In this document: positions 9,367-15,910 of the stretch, piece by piece
How the letters are laid out: every line of letters starts with the position of its first letter
How positions within the stretch are numbered: the first letter of the stretch is position 1
Assembly: GCA_964391185.1 (NCBI GenBank)
Contig: CAYMIX010000002.1
Location: 90,968-154,967, forward strand
Origin: an uncultured Candidatus Peribacteria bacterium
Lineage (GTDB): Bacteria; Patescibacteriota; Gracilibacteria; Peribacterales; Peribacteraceae
Reading direction: 5' to 3'
Length of the DNA stretch: 64,000 nucleotides
Made by a program: the position numbers and the translations under genes
The notes under the pieces: model-generated
Database searches by the model: none
Told to the model about the DNA's origin: nothing
Seen by the model: the letters and a program-made list of their open reading frames with translations, nothing else

Positions 9367-10035
9367 TCACTTTACGCTTCCCTTCCTCCATTCGTCGATT
9401 TTGGCGTGATTCCCAGAGATTAAAATGTCTGGAACTTTCATGTCGCGGAACACTTCCGGGCGTGTGTAGTGCGGATATTCTTTCTTGCGACCGAGGCTTT
9501 TACTAAAGCTTTCATCCTGTGCGGATTCTTCTTTGCCGAGCACGCCTGGGATGTGACGAGCAACGGCATCGATGAGAACCATCGCAGGAAGTTCTCCACC
9601 GGTAAGCACATAATCCCCGATCGACAGTTCTTCATCGATCCATCCACCATCAATAATGCGCTGATCGATTCCTTCATAATGACCACAGAGAAGAATCAGC
9701 CAATCTTTTTTCGCAATTTTTTCGACACGCGTCTGTTTGAGCTTGGCACCACGTGGAGAAAAATAAATCCGGTGAGGTTTTAGCTGTTGGCTGTTGGCTT
9801 TTAGATCTGCTTCGATTGATTCGATAGCCTTCACCACCGGTTCACACATCATCACCATTCCGGCGCCGCCACCGTATGGACGATCATCGATCTGCTTGTA
9901 CTTCCCCTGGCCAAACTGTCGGAGGTCATGAAAACGCAGATCGAGAAGATCATTTTCACGCGCACGCTGGAGGATGCTCTCAGTCAGAGGGCCCTCAAAC
10001 ATACCGGGAAAGAGTGTAATAACATCCACGCGCAT
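9367..10035 (-). CDS. trmD: tRNA (guanine37-N1)-methyltransferase
   Basis: MRVDVITLFPGMFEGPL..DDRPYGGGAGMVM..IGDYVLTGGELPAMVLIDAV. Confidence 0.95.
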   Translation of the reverse strand: MRVDVITLFPGMFEGPLTESILQRARENDLLDLRFHDLRQFGQGKYKQIDDRPYGGGAGMVMMCEPVVKAIESIEADLKANSQQLKPHRIYFSPRGAKLKQTRVEKIAKKDWLILLCGHYEGIDQRIIDGGWIDEELSIGDYVLTGGELPAMVLIDAVARHIPGVLGKEESAQDESFSKSLGRKKEYPHYTRPEVFRDMKVPDILISGNHAKIDEWRKGSVK

Positions 10036-10165
10036 GGGGCTTACTATACAGGAAAAGTGACAAATAAACTGTACGAAATTCGGTAAAAGCCTTATGCTGA
10101 TTTCAGCATCAGATAATCAATGGCTTACCGGGCTATACCGTGAAATCGTATCTGTTGCGATAGGA

Positions 10166-10275
10166 TGCTTTGGAAGGGCCACCGTACCAAAGCACCTCCC
10201 TCCTGGCTGAGCTAGGAGGTTTCTCTTATGTCACTTTTTCAGATACCCTTTCCTAACCAATGTCCGAGATCCTGA
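10166..10275 (+). promoter_or_regulatory. structured leader: two hairpins, sequestered AGGAGG, 15-codon uORF overlapping the GT2 start
   Basis: TGCTTTGG/CCAAAGCA (10166-10194). CCTCCT (10199-10204) pairs with AGGAGG (10214-10219). uORF is ATG 10228 to TGA 10275. Confidence 0.35.
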
Positions 10276-11228
10276 TCGACATCTGCGTGCCCACTTGTAA
10301 CTCCAAAGCTGCATACCTGCAGCAGGCCATCGAGAGCGCACAGAAACAGACGGAGACGCGTTGGCATATGTACATCCATGATGATGGGTCTACTACCAAT
10401 GTAGAAGCAATTGTGAAGCCATACCTGACCGACAAGCGAATCACCTGGCACCCGAATCGCAAGAAGCTGGGTATCGGTGGAAACTGGAATGCTACTGTCG
10501 CACTTGGCACTGCACCATTCGTGCAATTCTTATTTCAGGATGATTGGTGGGAACCGAACTTTTTGGAGCGAGGAATCCACGCAATGCAGGATGAATCCGT
10601 TGGCATCGTGACACTCGGGCACAGGTACGTATCGGACGCTGATAATGAATTGATGAAGGGATACAACGCACTCGAGGAATTCCGGAAAAAAGAATATAAA
10701 CCTGGCACACATGATGGGCGTTCGGTGCTTAAACTCTGGCTCGAAAAAGAATTGCATCCGAACTTCGTCGGCGAGCCAGACTTCACGATGATGCGCCGGA
10801 GCGTGATGGAGAAAGCTGGGAAATATCTAGAAGACATGCCGCAGAACCTGGACATGGAATATGCGATGCGCATGCTCTTGGAAAGCAACTGGCATTTCAT
10901 CACCGATAACTGTGGCTATTTCCGCGTGCACAACGAGGCGACCTCGGCCATCAACCAACGCGAAGGCTATGGTGTGTTTGACCGGTTTCGCTGCTTCCAA
11001 GAAATCCTGAAGAAATTACCCGCAGGCGAAGATCGGGAGCTTGCCATGCGAGCCCGCAACCGCGCGCTCGACGACATGGCGCGCAAATATCTCGCACGCA
11101 GGAAAAGTGGAAAGACGACAAAGACAGGTGGGTCTGGCGGATCAGCATTCAAGAAATTTGCGATGCGGCATCCATTATTGATAGGAAGGACGATGATACG
11201 TGCATGGAAATCTGCTTCAGCGCTTTAA
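10260..11228 (+). CDS. family 2 glycosyltransferase
   Basis: ICVPTCNSKAAYLQQAIESAQKQT..YIHDDGSTT GT2 N-terminal signature. Confidence 0.8.
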   Translation: MSEILIDICVPTCNSKAAYLQQAIESAQKQTETRWHMYIHDDGSTTNVEAIVKPYLTDKRITWHPNRKKLGIGGNWNATVALGTAPFVQFLFQDDWWEPNFLERGIHAMQDESVGIVTLGHRYVSDADNELMKGYNALEEFRKKEYKPGTHDGRSVLKLWLEKELHPNFVGEPDFTMMRRSVMEKAGKYLEDMPQNLDMEYAMRMLLESNWHFITDNCGYFRVHNEATSAINQREGYGVFDRFRCFQEILKKLPAGEDRELAMRARNRALDDMARKYLARRKSGKTTKTGGSGGSAFKKFAMRHPLLIGRTMIRAWKSASAL

Positions 11229-11275
11229 CAAGCTAAAGCGCGACAAACAGATTATGTGGGTTATCATCGTGGGCT

Positions 11276-11881
11276 ATGCCCGTATTTGATCCACGTCTAT
11301 ACCGTCAAAAATACAGAAATGACACCATTCGCATGCGCGGGTGGGATTACGCCGGAACCGGATCATATTTCATTACGATCTGTACCGATGGGCGGGTACC
11401 GTGGTTTGGGGAAATACGACATGGGGTGATGGGGTTGTCGGGGATTGGGATGACCATTGATGAATATTGGCGATCGATACCAAATCATTTTGCGCACGTT
11501 AAATTGGATGAATTTGTGGTAATGCCCGATCATTTCCATGGAATCATTATCATGCAAAACCGCGCGCCGTCCGTTGTTGGACCGTCGTCATCGTTTGTAG
11601 AGACGTGCGAATCGCACGTCTCTACGACAATGCGGCCAACGACGGCACGGGGCGATACGAACGATAATTCATCCCATCATATCCCCCGTCCCAAACCCGG
11701 ATCATTGGGATCCATCATCAATCAATATAAATCCATGTGCACCAAACGCATTCGCCAAATGGGCCACGACAATTTTGCGTGGCAACCGCGATACCATGAA
11801 CATTTGATACGTTCAGAATCGGAAATGATCCGCATCAGAAAATACATCGTCGATAATCCATCGCAATGGAACGACAAATAA
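11276..11881 (+). CDS. REP-associated tyrosine transposase (RAYT, IS200/IS605-like HUH Y1 transposase)
   Basis: WDYAGTGSYFITICT, HUH motif MPDHFHGIII, C-terminal RKYIVDNPSQW (catalytic Tyr region). Confidence 0.8.
   Translation: MPVFDPRLYRQKYRNDTIRMRGWDYAGTGSYFITICTDGRVPWFGEIRHGVMGLSGIGMTIDEYWRSIPNHFAHVKLDEFVVMPDHFHGIIIMQNRAPSVVGPSSSFVETCESHVSTTMRPTTARGDTNDNSSHHIPRPKPGSLGSIINQYKSMCTKRIRQMGHDNFAWQPRYHEHLIRSESEMIRIRKYIVDNPSQWNDK
11597..11625 (+). repeat. perfect hairpin inside the RAYT gene, starts with GTAG
   Basis: GTAGAGACGTGCG-AAT-CGCACGTCTCTAC (13-bp stem). Outer CCGTCGT/ACGACGG arms extend it to 11583-11647. Confidence 0.8.
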
Positions 11882-11890
11882 TAAAAAAAA

Positions 11891-12799
11891 TTAAATCAAT
11901 TTCGCCATCAGATGATCAATCTTCTGCGGCACCACCTCTTCGATCAAGGTTGTTGTCTTGCCCTGACGTGGAACCAAGCGCTCGTAGAAGTGAGGCACTT
12001 CTTCGTTCTGATATAAAATGCCTGTCGCAATTTTTTCAGAAGTGTTGACGGCAAGCTCACGTGCTTTATTGAAATCTGATGTGTCGTGGTTTTCTACCTG
12101 ATAGCAGCGTTCGAGGAGATAATCCTGTGTCGCGAAGTAATTATAGGTGGGACATGCTTGGAGCATATCGACGAACGCAAATCCGCGATGATTGATCGCA
12201 GCTTTGAGGATCTCTGTCATCTGTGGAATGTTTCCCGAAAAGCCACGTGCCACGAATGTGGGCTCCAGCGAGAAGACGAAATCCATGCTCGCAAGTGTGT
12301 GCTCCGGCATTCCGTTTGGCGACGCATTCATTTTTTTATCCTGCCATGTCAGGCTACTCGCCTGGCCCGTCGTGAGCCCGTAGTTACCGTTATTGTGAAG
12401 TACGAAAACGATCGGATAGTTTGAGCGAATGGAATGCACCAGGTGACCAACGCCTTCAGAAAAGCTTGCTCCATCACCTCCAAATGCAAGCACCGGCAAA
12501 TTCATGTTCGCAAGCTTGGCGCCGGCGGCAAACGGCAACACGCGACCATGGAGACCATGAAAGCGATACCCAAGCAGTTTGTCAGATGTGTTTCCGTGAC
12601 AGCCAACGTCGTAACAGAGCAGTACCTGCCATGGGTGATAACCGGATTCCACAAGCGCGCGCTTCGTCGCAGTCCAGATCCCATAATCACCACAACCATT
12701 GCACCACGTACACGGGTTGGAACAATAGTAATCCTGCATCTTCGGCGCTTGCCCTGCACTGTTGGAAGAGCCGTTGTTTGTATCCAAGGGGATCGACAT
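11891..12799 (-). CDS. 2-oxoacid:ferredoxin oxidoreductase, beta (TPP-binding) subunit
   Basis: CTWCNGCGDYGI, GGDGASFSEGVGHL. Confidence 0.9.
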   Translation of the reverse strand: MSIPLDTNNGSSNSAGQAPKMQDYYCSNPCTWCNGCGDYGIWTATKRALVESGYHPWQVLLCYDVGCHGNTSDKLLGYRFHGLHGRVLPFAAGAKLANMNLPVLAFGGDGASFSEGVGHLVHSIRSNYPIVFVLHNNGNYGLTTGQASSLTWQDKKMNASPNGMPEHTLASMDFVFSLEPTFVARGFSGNIPQMTEILKAAINHRGFAFVDMLQACPTYNYFATQDYLLERCYQVENHDTSDFNKARELAVNTSEKIATGILYQNEEVPHFYERLVPRQGKTTTLIEEVVPQKIDHLMAKLI

Positions 12800-12801
12800 G
12801 G

Positions 12802-14565
12802 TTATGAAAGGTGAGCTGTAAGTTGCGTATGAATTTCATTCAAGAAGAACGGACGACCGTCGTACTTGAGAATGCGATCGTCGATTTTGATACCTGTTTC
12901 CTGACGAATCACCTGACCAAGTTGGCCGTTATGATTGCCTTCGATGAGCACAATCTTCTTCGCTTTTTTCTGCAGACGTTCAAAGCGCTCACCCTTCAGT
13001 GGCCATAAGTACGTGAAGTGTAAGTATCCAATTTTCTGACCATCAAAATCTGGCAATACATCGAGCAATGTCGCTTTCGTTGATCCCCAGCCGACAATCA
13101 ACAAATCCAATTTGGGATCCTCTTCGGTCACCTTTCCATCGACGTACAATTCTGGTTCCGGCAACACAGCTTTCAGAGTTTCGGATTTTCGCATGCGCTT
13201 GTCCATCTGCTCGATTGCATTGTTGGATGTCTCATTCACCGAACCATCGCCATTATGCTCATCACCCTGCGCGGCATACGTTGCAGCTTCGCTTCCAGGC
13301 AACCATCTCTTGGAGACCCCATCTTTTGCAGCAGGATCGTAGCGATCCATGCTGCGGAGCTGACGAAGTTCTGCAGGGTCGACAATCAATTTCCCGCGGC
13401 GAATGACCGGGCTCTGATCATACGGGCGCTGCGTGTACATCCCTTCGGCGATTTGCTTATCCGTGAGAAGAATCACCACCGTCTGATATTCTTCTGCGAT
13501 ATTGAACGCTTCGTTCACCAAAGAATATGCATCGTCACTATCGCTCGCGCTCATGACGCACCGTGAAAATTCTCCATGTCCTCCATTGATCGCAAGCAGC
13601 AAATCGCCCTGCGTGGTCCATGTTGGCAAACCCGTTGCTGGACCCGGGCGCTGTGCGAGCACAACAACGCATGGGTTTTCGATAATGCCATTGAGCGACA
13701 GTGTCTCCGTCATCAGATCAAATCCTCCGCCCGATGTCGCAGTAATTGCGCGCGTTCCCGCATGCATCGCACCACTCGCCATTTGCACCGCGGTGATTTC
13801 ATCTTCCGCTTGTTTGATAACCATCCCGGTTTCATTTTGAATCTCCGCGATGTAATTGAGCATCGGCGAAGATGGCGTCATCGGGTAGCCCGCATACAAA
13901 CGAACACCAGCATTCACCACGCCCAATCCCATTGCTTGGCTTCCTGTAAGAAAAAGCTGATCTTCCCACTCTTTTTTGGGCTTTGGAAGCTTGATCTTCA
14001 CCTCGTCTTCAAATGCTTTGAACGCTTCATATCCTTCATCGATGGCTTTCATGTTTGCCTCCAAAACATCTGGCTTATGTGCAAATTTCTCGCCAACCAC
14101 CGCCTTGAAATGCTCTTTATCACCTTTGACAGCTGCCCATGCAAATGCAGAAAAGACGACATTCGCAAGGATTGGTTTTGCATTAATTCTTTCCAACATT
14201 TCACCGATAGGAACGTAAATGACGGTGATATTGTGGTCCTTTAAAAATTTTTGATCATCAACAGAAAATTCCCACACGGCAGTGTCGTGAATAAGAACCC
14301 CTCCTTTTTTAAGATCGCGAATATTATGCTCGAAACCATGATGATTGAGTGCGATAACCATATTCACCGTTTCCTCCGAACAACGAATAAGCTTCGATGA
14401 AACATCTATTTGGTAGCTGCTGTGGCCACCTTTGATGAGCGACATGAATTCGCGATAGCCGAATACGCAGTAGCCCGCGCGCTTGAATGACTTGGCAAGA
14501 ATATCTCCGATAGAGATTAGCCCTTGCCCCGCAGCGCCGACGATTTTGATTGAGATACGAGGCAT
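12802..14565 (-). CDS. 2-oxoacid:acceptor oxidoreductase, alpha (fused gamma-alpha) subunit
   Basis: ISIKIVGAAGQGLISIGDILAK, GYPMTPSS. ATG 14565 shares one base with the flavodoxin stop (TGATG). Confidence 0.9.
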   Translation of the reverse strand: MPRISIKIVGAAGQGLISIGDILAKSFKRAGYCVFGYREFMSLIKGGHSSYQIDVSSKLIRCSEETVNMVIALNHHGFEHNIRDLKKGGVLIHDTAVWEFSVDDQKFLKDHNITVIYVPIGEMLERINAKPILANVVFSAFAWAAVKGDKEHFKAVVGEKFAHKPDVLEANMKAIDEGYEAFKAFEDEVKIKLPKPKKEWEDQLFLTGSQAMGLGVVNAGVRLYAGYPMTPSSPMLNYIAEIQNETGMVIKQAEDEITAVQMASGAMHAGTRAITATSGGGFDLMTETLSLNGIIENPCVVVLAQRPGPATGLPTWTTQGDLLLAINGGHGEFSRCVMSASDSDDAYSLVNEAFNIAEEYQTVVILLTDKQIAEGMYTQRPYDQSPVIRRGKLIVDPAELRQLRSMDRYDPAAKDGVSKRWLPGSEAATYAAQGDEHNGDGSVNETSNNAIEQMDKRMRKSETLKAVLPEPELYVDGKVTEEDPKLDLLIVGWGSTKATLLDVLPDFDGQKIGYLHFTYLWPLKGERFERLQKKAKKIVLIEGNHNGQLGQVIRQETGIKIDDRILKYDGRPFFLNEIHTQLTAHLS

Positions 14566-15023
14566 CAGAGTTTTGGTACAAGTTGATCGACCCAATTCTT
14601 TATGTGTGCCTCTTGGCCATATGGCTCATTCACAACGCGCAATGACGGCTCAATAATGACACCCCCATGAGCATGCACATAATCTTCCAAATGAGTCAGT
14701 GCACCGACTAAAAAATGATAGCGGTCATCACCAAGTCCCATAAGCGCAACACGCTTGCCGTTGAGATCTACCTTGGCCGCACGATCTTTCAAGAATGCAA
14801 ACATGTGCGGATTCGGCTGTCCTTCGACTGACGCCGTGTTCCATGAGCCCGATGCCAAAACGAGTACGTCACCCTTCGCCAAGTCTTCCGGCTGTGCGAG
14901 CTCAGCACGCTGCACTTCTACCCACACCTGTGGAGCAACCGCCTTGAGCTGTTCTATCACCTGCCCCACTACGTATTCGGTGTGACCACTGGTGGATGCG
15001 TAGATGATATGAAGTGAAGGCAT
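14565..15023 (-). CDS. short-chain flavodoxin
   Basis: LHIIYASTSGHTEYV FMN-phosphate loop. 152 aa. Confidence 0.85.
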   Translation of the reverse strand: MPSLHIIYASTSGHTEYVVGQVIEQLKAVAPQVWVEVQRAELAQPEDLAKGDVLVLASGSWNTASVEGQPNPHMFAFLKDRAAKVDLNGKRVALMGLGDDRYHFLVGALTHLEDYVHAHGGVIIEPSLRVVNEPYGQEAHIKNWVDQLVPKL

Positions 15024-15065
15024 ATTGTTGCCGCTACTCTAGCCTTTTTGAGGAGCTCGCGCATG

Positions 15066-15096
15066 TGAAAAGAGCTGACAACGAGCCAGCTCTTCA
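15066..15096 (-). terminator. intrinsic terminator of the GC-rich secreted-protein gene
   Basis: Minus strand GAAGAGCTG-gctcgttgt-CAGCTCTTTTC. Confidence 0.6.
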
Positions 15097-15122
15097 CTCT
15101 CTGGAATCCGACAACAGAGCCT

Positions 15123-15743
15123 TTACCTCTTCGTGATCTTAAGATCGGCGAGAATCGACCCCTTCGCAATGCCCGCATTGGGCTCGCGCGTGTAGATCAT
15201 GAGCTTCTCGCCGGTCAGCCCTTTGGGGACTTCGGCGACAAGCGTCTTTTTGTCGTCGACCGAGACTGTGATCGTCGCCTTCGTAGCTTCGATCTTGATC
15301 TTGAACTCTTCTCCTTTCGGGAAGGGCATTCCACCCTTTTCTCCGAGACGAGGCATGACCTCCTTGCCATCGACAAAGTGTTGCACGATGACGTGCTGCG
15401 CCGACGGATTGAATCGCACGAGCACTGCGTTCTCAGCTTCGTAGAAGTTCGCCTTGCTCTGTTTACCTGTCGCGAAAAACGCGAACGTCAGGTGGTCTGG
15501 GTATTTCTTTTCCAGATCGCCTTCCGTCCACTTCCATGTCGCCGTGACGGTCGCACCATCGGGAAAGTCCTGAAGGGACACCAGCGTCCCGCGATTGCGG
15601 ATTGTTGCGGTTCCGTCCTTGATCTTGGCACTAGGCTCGAGCTCTTCGACACCAACCTTGAAGTTGATGATCTCCATCCACTCGATCGGTGCGGCGGCGC
15701 CAAGAAAACAGGTCAGAGCGACTGCGGTCAGGATCTTCTTCAC
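15123..15743 (-). CDS. hypothetical secreted beta-rich protein (~57% GC islet)
   Basis: GTG 15743 (VKKILTAVALTCFLGAAAP signal-like) with AAGGA SD 7 nt upstream. The ORF is open up to ATG 15836. Confidence 0.5.
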   Translation of the reverse strand: MKKILTAVALTCFLGAAAPIEWMEIINFKVGVEELEPSAKIKDGTATIRNRGTLVSLQDFPDGATVTATWKWTEGDLEKKYPDHLTFAFFATGKQSKANFYEAENAVLVRFNPSAQHVIVQHFVDGKEVMPRLGEKGGMPFPKGEEFKIKIEATKATITVSVDDKKTLVAEVPKGLTGEKLMIYTREPNAGIAKGSILADLKITKR

Positions 15744-15771
15744 AGCAGGGTCCTTTTTTAGGAGGTCAGAC

Positions 15772-15781
15772 GGGGGGGGGG
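15772..15781. repeat. G10/C10 homopolymer tract
   Basis: Counted directly. Lies 29 nt upstream of GTG 15743 (or inside the coding sequence if ATG 15836 is used). Confidence 0.9.
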
Positions 15782-15910
15782 TGATAGAACAACCAGAGAG
15801 TAATGCATACTTTACATTCATCCACCATTCTGTCAATCGTAAAAATTGGCTTAAAACTGCTTAAAATATATGTTTTGATGGTTTTAAAGCTTTTTTTAAG
15901 GTATAATTAC

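Noticed and set aside
12086-14244. Numerous 60-220-aa plus-strand ORFs
   Set aside because: All lie antisense within the well-supported OFOR alpha/beta genes and translate to Arg/His/Cys-rich junk.
15787-15836. Apparent lipobox (ALLSGC) in the upstream extension of the GC-rich secreted-protein ORF
   Set aside because: Only ~10-16 residues precede the Cys and there is no real hydrophobic core. A much better signal peptide follows the SD-supported GTG at 15743.
15803-15910. N-terminal 36-codon extension of the acetyl-CoA synthetase ORF (MHTLHSSTILSIVKIGLKLL...)
   Set aside because: AT-rich, low-complexity sequence that contains the TATAAT box (15902-15907). The conserved CoA-binding N-terminus begins at MMSLLNPTSVAVIGAS.
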